The notes below the pieces were generated by a model. That model was not told the DNA's origin and ran no database searches. It saw only the letters and a program-made list of their open reading frames with translations. Made by a program: the position numbers and the translations under genes. DNA of 64,000 nt from Azolla caroliniana (Eukaryota > Plantae > Polypodiophyta): the NCBI GenBank assembly GCA_043228905.1, contig JBHGNT010000136.1, positions 1-64,000 of the forward strand. Direction: 5' to 3'. Below, in pieces: positions 15,701 through 27,796 of this stretch; the first letter of the stretch is position 1; each line of letters begins with the position of its first letter.

Positions 15701-16799
15701 GTTTAAACACAAAAATCCGATATCACACGAGCCAGGTATGAACATTTTAATTTACCTACTAGCGCTTGTGAACTCCCTCCTAAAATTTGCTAATTTCTTC
15801 ATATCTCTCGACCTGAGTTTCAAAATCTTGATTTTTTAATTGTAGATCAGAGCTAGCGTTGTTAGCTTCGATTCGCATGTTTCAACACAGAAATCCGATA
15901 TCACACGAGCCTGGTATGAACATTTTAATTTACTAACGAGCTCTTCTCCACTACCTCCTAAAATTTTCTACTTTCCTCATGTCTCTCGAGCGGAGTTTGA
16001 AAATATTGATTTTTTAATTCCATATTAGAGCCTACGTTATTAGCTTCGATTCGCATGTTTGAACATAGAAATCCGATATCACACGAACCAGGTATGAACA
16101 TTTTAATTTACTAACGCGCTCTTCTCGACTACCTCCTAAAATTTGCTTATTTCTTCATGTCTCTCGACCTGAGTTTCAAAATCTTGATTTTTTAATTCCA
16201 CATTAGAGCTAGCATTGTTAGCTTCGATTCACATGTTTGAACACATGAATCCGATATGACACAAGCCACGTATGGACATTTTAATTTACTCAAGGGCTCC
16301 TCTCAATTCCCTCCTCAAGTTTGCTAATTTCTTCATATCTCTCGACCTGAGTTTCAAAATCATGAGTTTTTAAATCCACATCATAGCTAGCGTTGTTTGC
16401 TTCGATTCCTAGGTTTGATCACAAAAATCCGATATGACACGAGCCAGGTATGAACATTTTAATTTACCTACTAGCTCTTCTCAACTCCCTTCTCAAATTT
16501 GGTAATTTCGTCATGTCTCTCGACCTGAGTTTCAAAATCTTGACTTTTTAATTCCATATCATAGCTAGCGTTGTTAGCTTCGATTCGCATGTTTGAACAC
16601 AAAAATCCGATATCACACGAGCCAGGTATGAACATTTTAATTTACCTACTAGCGCTTGTGAACTCCCTCCTAAAATTTGCTAATTTCTTCATGTCTCTCG
16701 ACTTGAGTTTCAAAATCTTGATTTTTTAATTCCATATTAGAGCTAGCGTTGTTAGCTTCGATTCACATGTTTGAACACAGGAATCCGATATCACACGAG

Positions 16800-19700
16800 C
16801 CAGGTATGAACATTTTAATTTACTAACGCGCTCTTCTCCACTACCTCCTCAAATTTGCTAATTTCTTCATGTCTCTCGACCTGAGTTTCAAAATCTTGAT
16901 TTTTTAATTGTAGATCAGAGCTAGCGTTGTTAGCATCGATTCGCATGTTTCAACACAGAAATCCGATATCACACGAGCCTGGTATGAAAATTTTAATTTA
17001 CTAACGAGCTCTTCTCCACTACCTCCTAAAACTTTCTAATTTCCTCATGTCTCTCGAGCGGAGTTTCAAAATATTGATTTTTTAATTCCATATTAGAGCC
17101 TACGTTATTAGCTTCGATTCGCATGTTTGAACATAGAAATCCGATATCACACGAACCAGGTATGAACATTTTAATTTACTAACGCGCTCTTCTCCACTAC
17201 CTCCTAAAATTTGCTTATTTCTTCATGTCTCTCGACCTGAGTTTCAAAATCTTGATTTTTTAATTCCACATTAGAGCTAGCATTGTTAGCTTCGATTCAC
17301 ATGTTTGAACACATGAATCCGATATGACACAAGCCACGTATGGACATTTTAATTTACTCAAGGGCTCCTCTCAATTCCCTCCTCAAGTTTGCTAATTTCT
17401 TCATATCTCTCGACCTGAGTTTCAAAATCATGAGTTTTTAAATCCACATCATAGCTAGCGTTGTTTGCTTCGATTCCTAGGTTTGATCACAAAAATCCGA
17501 TATGACACGAGCCAGGTATGAACATTTTAATTTACCTACTAGCTCTTCTCAACTCCCTTCTCAAATTTGGTAATTTCGTCATGTCTCTCGACCTGAGTTT
17601 CAAAATCTTGACTTTTTAATTCCATATCATAGCTAGCGTTGTTAGCTTCGATTCGCATGTTTGAACACAAAAATCCGATATCACACGAGCCAGGTATGAA
17701 CATTTTAATTTACCTACTAGCGCTTGTGAACTCCCTCCTAAAATTTGCTAATTTCTTCATGTCTCTCGACTTGAGTTTCAAAATCTTGATTTTTTAATTC
17801 CATATTAGAGCTAGCGTTGTTAGCTTCGATTCACATGTTTGAACACAGGAATCCGATATCACACGAGCCAGGTATGAACATTTTAATTTACTAACGCGCT
17901 CTTCTCCACTACCTCCTCAAATTTGCTAATTTCTTCATGTCTCTCGACCTGAGTTTCAAAATCTTGATTTTTTAATTGTAGATCAGAGCTAGCGTTGTTA
18001 GCATCGATTCGCATGTTTCAACACAGAAATCCGATATCACACGAGCCTGGTATGAAAATTTTAATTTACTAACGAGCTCTTCTCCACTACCTCCTAAAAC
18101 TTTCTAATATCCTCATGTCTCTCGAGCGGAGTTTCAAAATATTGATTTTTTAATTCCATATTAGAGCCTGCGTTATTAGCTTCGAGTCGCATGTTTGAAC
18201 ACAGAAATCCGATATCACACGAACCAGGTATGAAGATTTTAATTTACTAACGCGCTCTTCTCCACTACCTCCTAAAATTTGCTAATTTCGTCATGTCTCT
18301 CGACCTGAGTTTCAAAATCTTGATTTTTTAATTCAATATCAGCGCTAGCGTTGTTAGCTTCGATTTGCATGTTTTAATTTACTCAAGGGCTCCTCTCAAC
18401 TCCCTCCTCAAGTTTGCTATTTTCGTCATGTCTCTCGACCTGAGTTTCAAAATCTTGATTTTTTAATTCCATATCATAGCTAGCGTTGGTAGCTTCGATT
18501 TGCATGTTTGAACACAAAAATCCAATATCACACAAGCTAGGTATGAACATTTTAATTTACTCAAGGGCTCCTCTCAACTCCCTTGTCAAGGTTGCTAATT
18601 TCTTCATGTCTCTCGACCTGAGTTTCAAAATCATGATTTTTTAATTCCATATCATAGCTAGCGTTGTTAGCTTCGATTCGCATGTTTGAACACAAAAATC
18701 CGATATGACACGAGCCAGGTATGAACATTTTAATTTACCTACTAGCTCTTCTCAACTCACTACTCAAATTTGGTAATTTCCTCATGTTTCTCGACCTGAG
18801 TTTCAAAATCTTGACTTTTTAATTCCATATCATAGCTAGCGTTGTTAGATTCGATTCGCATATTTGAACACAAAAATCCGATATCACACGAGCCAGGTAG
18901 GAACATTTTAATTTACCTAATAGCTCTTCTCAACTCACTCCTCATATTTTGTAATTTCGTCATGTCTCTCGACCTGAGTTTCAAAATCTTGATTTTTTAA
19001 TTCCATATCATAGCTAGCGTTGTTAGCTTCGATTCGCATGTTTGAACACAAAAATCCGATATCACACGAGCCAGGTAGGAACATTTTAATTTACTCAAGG
19101 GCTCCTCTCAACTCCCTCCTCAAGTTTGCTATTTTCGTCACGTCTCTCGACTTGAGTTTCAGAATCTTGAGTTTTTAAATCCACATCATAGCTAACATTG
19201 TTAGCTTTGATTCGCATGTTTGAACACAAAAATCCGATATCACACGAGCCAGGTATGAACATTTTAATTTACCTCCTAGCTCTTCTCAACTCCCTCCTCA
19301 AATTTGGTAATTTCGTCATGTCTCACGACCTGAGTTTCAAAATCTTGATATTTTAATTCCATATCATAGCTAGCGTTGTTAGCTTCGACTTGCATGTTTG
19401 AACACAAAAATCCGATATCACACGAGCCAGGTATGAACATTTTAATTTACTCAAGGGCTCCTCTCAACTCCCTTGTCAAGGTTGCTAATTTCCTCATGTC
19501 TCTCGACCTGAGTTTCAAAATCTTAATTTTTTAATTCCATATCATAGCTAGCGTTGTTAGCTTCGATTCGCATGTTTGAACACAAAAATCCGATATGACA
19601 CGAGCCAGGTATGAACATTTTAATTTACGTACTAAATCTTCTCAACTCACTCCTCAAATTTGGTAATTTCGTCATGTCTCTCGACCTCAGTTTCAAAATC

Positions 19701-22700
19701 TTGATTTTTTAATTCCATATCATAGCTAGCGTTGTTAGCTTCGATTTGCATGTTTGAACACAAAAATCCGATATCACACGAGCCAGGTAGGAACATTTTA
19801 ATTTACTCAAGGGCTCCTCTCAACTCCCTCCTCAAGTTTGCTATTTTCGTCATGTCTCTCGACCTGAAATTCAAAGTCTTGATTTTTTAATTCCATATCA
19901 TAGCTAGCGTTGTTAGCTTCGATTCGCATGTTTGAACACAAAAATCCGATATGACACGAGCCAGGTATGAACATTTTAATTTACCTACTAGCTCTTCTCA
20001 ACTCACTCCTCAAATTTTGTAATTTCGTCATGTCTCACGACCTGAGTGTCAAAATCTTGATATTTTAATTTCATATCATAGCTAGCGTTGTTAGCTTCGA
20101 TTTGCATGTTTGAACACAAAAATCAGATATCACACGAGCCAGGTATGAACATTTTAATTTACCTCCTAGCTCTTCTCAACTCCCTCCTCAAATTTGGTAA
20201 TTTCGTCATGTCTGACGACCTGAGTTTCAAAATCTTGATATTTTAATTCCATATCATAGCTAGCGTTGTTAGCTTCGATTTGCTTGTTTGAACACAAAAA
20301 TCCGATATCACACGAGCCAGGTATGAACATTTTAATTTACTAACGCGCTCTTCTCCACTACCTCCTAAAATTTGCTAATTTCTTCATGTCTCTCGACCTG
20401 AGTTTCAAAATCTTGATTTTTTAATTGTAGATCAGAGCTAGCGTTGTTAGCATCGATTCGCATGTTTCAACACAGAAATCCGATATCACACGAGCCTGGT
20501 ATGAAAATTTTAATTTACTAACGAGCTCTTCTCCACTACCTCCTAAAACTTTCTAATTTCCTCATGTCTCTCGAGCGGAGTTTCAAAATATTGATTTTTT
20601 AATTCCATATTAGAGCCTACGTTATTAGCTTCGATTCGCATGTTTGAACATAGAAATCCGATATCACACGAACCAGGTATGAACATTTTAATTTACTAAC
20701 GCGCTCTTCTCCACTACCTCCTAAAATTTGCTTATTTCTTCATGTCTCTCGACCTGAGTTTCAAAATCTTGATTTTTTAATTCCACATTAGAGCTAGCAT
20801 TGTTAGCTTCGATTCACATGTTTGAACACATGAATCCGATATGACACAAGCCACGTATGGACATTTTAATTTACTCAAGGGCTCCTCTCAATTCCCTCCT
20901 CAAGTTTGCTAATTTCTTCATATCTCTCGACCTGAGTTTCAAAATCATGAGTTTTTAAATCCACATCATAGCTAGCGTTGTTTGCTTCGATTCCTAGGTT
21001 TGATCACAAAAATCCGATATGACACGAGCCAGGTATGAACATTTTAATTTACCTACTAGCTCTTCTCAACTCCCTTCTCAAATTTGGTAATTTCGTCATG
21101 TCTCTCGACCTGAGTTTCAAAATCTTGACTTTTTAATTCCATATCATAGCTAGCGTTGTTAGCTTCGATTCGCATGTTTGAACACAAAAATCCGATATCA
21201 CACGAGCCAGGTATGAACATTTTAATTTACCTACTAGCGCTTGTGAACTCCCTCCTAAAATTTGCTAATTTCTTCATGTCTCTCGACTTGAGTTTCAAAA
21301 TCTTGATTTTTTAATTCCATATTAGAGCTAGCGTTGTTAGCTTCGATTCACATGTTTGAACACAGGAATCCGATATCACACGAGCCAGGTATGAACATTT
21401 TAATTTACTAACGCGCTCTTCTCCACTACCTCCTCAAATTTGCTAATTTCTTCATGTCTCTCGACCTGAGTTTCAAAATCTTGATTTTTTAATTGTAGAT
21501 CAGAGCTAGCGTTGTTAGCATCGATTCGCATGTTTCAACACAGAAATCCGATATCACACGAGCCTGGTATGAAAATTTTAATTTACTAACGAGCTCTTCT
21601 CCACTACCTCCTAAAACTTTCTAATTTCCTCATGTCTCTCGAGCGGAGTTTCAAAATATTGATTTTTTAATTCCATATTAGAGCCTGCGTTATTAGCTTC
21701 GAGTCGCATGTTTGAACACAGAAATCCGATATCACACGAACCAGGTATGAAGATTTTAATTTACTAACGCGCTCTTCTCCACTACCTCCTAAAATTTGCT
21801 AATTTCGTCATGTCTCTCGACCTGAGTTTCAAAATCTTGATTTTTTAATTCAATATCAGCGCTAGCGTTGTTAGCTTCGATTTGCATGTTTTAATTTACT
21901 CAAGGGCTCCTCTCAACTCCCTCCTCAAGTTTGCTATTTTCGTCATGTCTCTCGACCTGAGTTTCAAAATCTTGATTTTTTAATTCCATATCATAGCTAG
22001 CGTTGGTAGCTTCGATTTGCATGTTTGAACACAAAAATCCAATATCACACAAGCTAGGTATGAACATTTTAATTTACTCAAGGGCTCCTCTCAACTCCCT
22101 TGTCAAGGTTGCTAATTTCTTCATGTCTCTCGACCTGAGTTTCAAAATCATGATTTTTTAATTCCATATCATAGCTAGCGTTGTTAGCTTCGATTCGCAT
22201 GTTTGAACACAAAAATCCGATATGACACGAGCCAGGTATGAACATTTTAATTTACCTACTAGCTCTTCTCAACTCACTACTCAAATTTGGTAATTTCCTC
22301 ATGTTTCTCGACCTGAGTTTCAAAATCTTGACTTTTTAATTCCATATCATAGCTAGCGTTGTTAGATTCGATTCGCATATTTGAACACAAAAATCCGATA
22401 TCACACGAGCCAGGTAGGAACATTTTAATTTACCTAATAGCTCTTCTCAACTCACTCCTCATATTTTGTAATTTCGTCATGTCTCTCGACCTGAGTTTCA
22501 AAATCTTGATTTTTTAATTCCATATCATAGCTAGCGTTGTTAGCTTCGATTCGCATGTTTGAACACAAAAATCCGATATCACACGAGCCAGGTAGGAACA
22601 TTTTAATTTACTCAAGGGCTCCTCTCAACTCCCTCCTCAAGTTTGCTATTTTCGTCACGTCTCTCGACTTGAGTTTCAGAATCTTGAGTTTTTAAATCCA

Positions 22701-23850
22701 CATCATAGCTAACATTGTTAGCTTTGATTCGCATGTTTGAACACAAAAATCCGATATCACACGAGCCAGGTATGAACATTTTAATTTACCTCCTAGCTCT
22801 TCTCAACTCCCTCCTCAAATTTGGTAATTTCGTCATGTCTCACGACCTGAGTTTCAAAATCTTGATATTTTAATTCCATATCATAGCTAGCGTTGTTAGA
22901 TTCGATTCGCATGTTTGAACACAAAAATCCGATATCACACGAGCCAGGTATGAACATTTTAATTTACTCAAGGGCTCCTCTCAACTCCCTTGTCAAGGTT
23001 GCTAATTTCCTCATGTCTCTCGACCTGAGTTTCAAAATCTTAATTTTTTAATTCCATATCATAGCTAGCGTTGTTAGCTTCGATTCGCATGTTTGAACAC
23101 AAAAATCCGATATGACACGAGCCAGGTATGAACATTTTAATTTACGTACTAAATCTTCTCAACTCACTCCTCAAATTTGGTAATTTCGTCATGTCTCTCG
23201 ACCTCAGTTTCAAAATCTTGATTTTTTAATTCCATATCATAGCTAGCGTTGTTAGCTTCGATTCGCATGTTTGAACACAAAAATCCGATATCACACGAGC
23301 CAGGTAGGAACATTTTAATTTACTCAAGGGCTCCTCTCAACTCCCTCCTCAAGTTTGCTATTTTCGTCATGTCTCTCGACCTGAAATTCAAAGTCTTGAT
23401 TTTTTAATTCCATATCATAGCTAGCGTTGTTAGCTTCGATTCGCATGTTTGAACACAAAAATCCGATATGACACGAGCCAGGTATGAACATTTTAATTTA
23501 CCTACTAGCTCTTCTCAACTCACTCCTCAAATTTTGTAATTTCGTCATGTCTCACGACCTGAGTGTCAAAATCTTGATATTTTAATTTCATATCATAGCT
23601 AGCGTTGTTAGCTTCGATTTGCATGTTTGAACACAAAAATCAGATATCACACGAGCCAGGTATGAACATTTTAATTTACCTCCTAGCTCTTCTCAACTCC
23701 CTCCTCAAATTTGGTAATTTCGTCATGTCTGACGACCTGAGTTTCAAAATCTTGATATTTTAATTCCATATCACAGCTAGCGTTGTTAGCTTCGATTTGC
23801 TTGTTTGAACACAAAAATCCGATATCACACGAGCCAGGTATGAACATTTT
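16800..23850. repeat. Tandem duplication of a 20-monomer (3517-bp) satellite block, with a nested 6-mer (1068-bp) repeat
   Basis: Markers at a constant 3517 offset: CATGAATCC 17312/20829, deleted-monomer junction 18367/21884, TGCTTGTTTG 20281/23798. 3517 = 20x178 - 43. CATGAATCC at 16244/17312 gives 1068 = 6x178. Boundaries are approximate. Confidence 0.85.
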
Positions 23851-26642
23851 AATTTACTAACGCGCTCTTCTCCACTACCTCCTAAAATTTGCTAATTTCT
23901 TGATGTCTCTCGACCTGAATTTGAAAATCTTGATTTTTTAATTTCATATCAGAGCTAGCGCTGTTACCTTCGATTCACATGTTTGAACACAAGAATCCGA
24001 TATCACACGAGCCAGGTATGAACATTTTAATTTACTAAAGGGCTCCTCTCAACTCCCTTGTCAAGGTTGCTAATTTCGTCATGTCTCTCGACCTGAGTTT
24101 CAAAATCTTGATTTTTTAATTCCATGTCATAGCTAGCGTTGGTAGCTTCGATTCACATGTTTAAACACAAAAATCCGATATCACACGAGCCAGGTATGAA
24201 CATTTTAATTTTCCTACTAGCGCTTGTGAACTCCCTCCTAAAATTTGCTAATTTCTTCATATCTCTCGACCTGAGTTTCAAAATCTTGATTTTTTAATTG
24301 TAGATCAGAGCTAGCGTTGTTAGCTTCGATTCGCATGTTTCAACACAGAAATCCGATATCACACGAGCCTGGTATGAACATTTTAATTTACTAACGCGCT
24401 CTTCTCCACTACCTCCTCAAATTTGCTAATTTCTTCATGTCTCTCGACCTGAGTTTCAAAATCTTGATTTTTTAATTGTAGATCAGAGCTAGCGTTGTTA
24501 GCTTCGATTCGCATGTTTCAACACAGAAATCCGATATCACACGAGCCTGGTATGAACATTTTAATTTACTAACGAGCTCTTCTCCACTACCTCCTAAAAT
24601 TTTCTACTTTCCTCATGTCTCTCGAGCGGAGTTTGAAAATATTGATTTTTTAATTCCATATTAGAGCCTACGTTATTAGCTTCGATTCGCATGTTTGAAC
24701 ATAGAAATCCGATATCACACGAACCAGGTATGAACATTTTAATTTACTAACGCGCTCTTCTCGACTACCTCCTAAAATTTGCTAATTTCGTCATGTCTCT
24801 CGACCTGAGTTTCAAAATCTTGATTTTTTAATTCCATATCATAGCTAGCGTTGTTAGCTTCGATTTGCATGTTTGAACACAAAAATCCGATATCACACGA
24901 GCTAGCTATGAACATTTTAATTTGCGTACTAGCGCTTGTCAACTACCTCCTCAAATTTGCTAATTTCTTCATGTCTCTCGACCTAAGTTTCAAAATCTTG
25001 ATTTTTTAATTCAATATCAGCGCTAGCGTTGTTAGCTTCGATTTGCATGTTTTAATTTACTCAAGGGCTCCTCTCAACTCCCTCCTCAAGTTTGCTATTT
25101 TCATCATGTCTCTCGACCTGAGTTTCAAAATCTTGATTTTTTAATTCCATATCATAGCTAGCGTTGGTAGCTTCGATTTGCATGTTTGAACACAAAAATC
25201 CGATATCACACGAGCCAGGTATGAACATTTAAATTTACTCAAGGGCTCCTCTCAACTCCCTTGTCAAGGTTGCTAATTTCGTCATGTCTCTTGACCTGAG
25301 TTTCAAAATCTTGATTTTTTAATTCCATATCATAGCGAGCGTTGTTAGCTTCGATTCGCATGTTTGAACACAAAAATCCGATATCACACGAGCCAGGTAG
25401 GAACATTTTAATTTACCTACTAGCTCTTCTCAACTCACTCCTCAAGTTTGCTATTTTCGTCACGTCTCTCGACTTGAGTTTCAGAATCTTGAGTTTTTAA
25501 ATCCACATCATAGCTAACGTTGTTAGCTTTGATTCGCATGTTTGAACACAAAAATCCGATATCACACGAGCCAGGTATGAACATTTTAATTTACCTCCTA
25601 GCTCTTCTCAACTCCCTCCTCAAATTTGGTAATTTCGTCATGTCTCACGACCTGAGTTTCAAAATCTTGATATTTTAATTCCATATCATAGCTAGCGTTG
25701 TTAGCTTCGACTTGCATGTTTGAACACAAAAATCCGATATCACACGAGCCAGGTATGAACATTTAAATTTACTCAAGGGCTCCTCTTAACTCCCTTGTCA
25801 AGGTTGCTAATTTCGTCATGTCTCTCGACCTGAGTTTTAAAATCTTGATTTTTTAATTCCATATCATAGCTAGCGTTGTTACCTTCGATACGCATGTTTG
25901 AACACATAAATCCGATATGACACGAGCCAGGTATGAACATTTTAATTTACTAACAGGCTCTTCTCAACTCACTCCTCAAATTTGGTAATTTCGTCATGTC
26001 TCTCGACCTGAGTTTCAAAATCTTGATTTTTTAATTCCATATTATAGCTAGCGTTGTTAGCTTCGATTTGCATGTTTGAACCAAAAAATCCGATATCACA
26101 CGAGCTAGGTATGAACATTTAAATTTACTCAAGGGCTCCTCTCAACTCCCTTGTCAAGGTTGCTAATTTCGTCATGTCTCTTGACCTGAGTTTCAAAATC
26201 TTGATTTTTTAATTCCATATCATAGCTAGCGTTGTTAGCTTCGATTCGCATGTTTGAACACATAAATCCGATATGACACGAGCCAGGTATGAACATTTTA
26301 ATTTACCTACTAGCTCTTCTCAACTCACTCCTCAAATTTGATAATTTCGTCGTGTCTCTCGACCTGAGTTTCAAAATCTTGATTTTTTAATTCCATATCA
26401 TAGCTAGCGTTGTTAGATTCGATTCGCATGTTTGAACACAAAAATCCGATATCACACGAGCCAGGTAGGAACATTTTAATTTACTCAAGGGCTCCTCTCA
26501 ACCCCCTCCTCAAGTTTGCTATTTTCGTCATGTCGCTCGACCTGAGTTTCAAAATCTTGATTTTTTCATATTAATAGACTATATAATGTCTTATACGAGG
26601 AGTGCGGGCACGATACTTCTTTGGCTGTGATTAGTGTTATTT

Positions 26643-26790
26643 GGTTAACTATTTGAGGATTTAGGGTTTGGGTTTGAAGGTTTGGGGTATATGGGTTAAC
26701 TGAGGTTTTTGGGTTAAATATCTTAAGGGTTTAGGGTTTTGTTCGGAGGGTTTAGGGCATATGGGTAAAATATCTGAGGGTTTAGGGTTG
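26643..26790 (-). repeat. Degenerate telomere-like repeats near the PLE 3' end (CCCTAAACCC on the sense strand)
   Basis: + strand TTTAGGGTTT 26660-26669, AGGGTTTAGGGTTT 26726-26739, AGGGTTTAGGG 26747-26757, AGGGTTTAGGGTT 26777-26789. Three of these sit in a diverged unit resembling GGGTTAAATATCTGAGGGTTTAGGG (26643, 26711, 26763). Confidence 0.8.
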
Positions 26791-26952
26791 CGGGTATTGG
26801 GTAGGTTAAAGATTAAGGGAAAGAGGGGGGAGTGCCACGTTTTACTTAGTGGGAATGAAATAGCATATATATTATTGAAAGCACAACTAACCACAACATA
26901 AAAACAATAGACACTTGAGAAGAAAATATATATTGATCAAATATATGTTAAT

Positions 26953-27011
26953 ATGACCTATGTAGCAAACTAGTTTCGCTCATATATGGAGCTCATCAGT
27001 GCTTAGGTCAT
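26953..27011 (-). ncRNA. Minimal type I hammerhead ribozyme (PLE-associated)
   Basis: Minus strand reads AUGACCUA-AGCA-CUGAUGA-GCUC-cauauau-GAGC-GAAA-C-UA-GUU/UGCU-aca-UAGGUCAU. It has both conserved core boxes, a 4-bp stem II, a bulged stem I (4+8 bp) and a palindromic mini stem III (AACUAGUU). Predicted cleavage is between 26968 and 26967. Confidence 0.9.
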
Positions 27012-27354
27012 TTTCGAGTACAAAGGTAAGTTTATATAGGTTTGTGGTAAGGGGGGTGTAAGATGAGTGGTGGACAAGAGTGATAAATGTGAAAAGAAGT
27101 GAGGAGTATGGGAGGGAGTGGTGTAACACGGTGATAAGGGGGCAAGATATGATTTTGTAAAGGGAGGGAGTGGGTATCATGAGTTTGATAGAGATAAGTG
27201 GGTAACTAGAGGGTATAATAATGGTCATAAGTGGGTGACCGGAGGGTATGATAAGTGAGGGGAGGGGTGTGTATATGTGTGTGATGGTGGCTAGTACGAG
27301 GTAAAGATGTGGGTGAAAAACGAGGGGAATACGAATTTAATAGTTATGGGGAAT

Positions 27355-27730
27355 GAGGAGAGAGAGAGAGAGAGAGAGATAGAGAGAGAAATTTAACTAA
27401 TGAGAAGAGAGTGTGAAAAAAGGTGAGAAAAGAGAGAGGGAGAGAGAGAGAGAGAGAGAAAAGAAAAAAAGAAAGAAAGAAAGAAGAGAGACGTAGAGAA
27501 AAGAAAAGGTAGAGAGGGAGAAAAAAGGAAAAGAAAAAAGAGGTGAGTTTTAGAGTGTAGAGAGGGAGAAAAGTAAAGGTAGAGAGAGAGGAAAAAGAAA
27601 TGATTTAGAGAGGGAGAAAGGTAAAGGTAGAGAGAGAAAGAGAAGGGGAGGGAAGGAGGAGATAGAGATAGAGAAAGGGAAAGTTAAGAGAGAAGAAATG
27701 TGAAGGTAGAGAGGGAGAAGATAGGGGGAG
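27355..27730. repeat. Polypurine/(GA)n low-complexity tract (CT-rich on the element sense strand) 3' of the RT ORF
   Basis: (AG)n runs near 27360 and 27440, GAAA repeats near 27470, and a duplicated TAGAGAGGGAGAAA(A/G)GTAAAGGTAGAGAGAGA unit at ~27558 and ~27606. Confidence 0.9.
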
Positions 27731-27796
27731 ATCCTCACGTGGTAAATATAGGGAGATAAAACTTGTGGTTTAAAAAAATAAAAATATGGAGAGGAC

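Larger units (their letters stand above)
1..26566. repeat. ~178-bp tandem satellite array, left of the retroelement (probably centromeric/pericentromeric)
   Basis: AATCCGATATCAC recurs at 1 and 179, and the 178-bp period continues throughout. Conserved core: ...CTCGACCTGAGTTTCAAAATCTTGATTTTTTAATTCCATATCATAGCTAGCGTTGTTAGCTTCGATTCGCATGTTTGAACAC. Monomer subtypes differ after ATTTTAATTT (ACTCAAGGGCTCC / ACCTACTAGCTC / ACTAACGCGCTC). Centromeric role is inferred from monomer size and HOR structure only. Confidence 0.97.

Noticed and set aside
26661-27738. Minus-strand ORFs at 26661-26894, 26980-27228 and 27550-27738
   Set aside because: Translations of telomere-like (PKP), low-complexity and CT-microsatellite sequence on a stop-poor strand; no recognisable domain.
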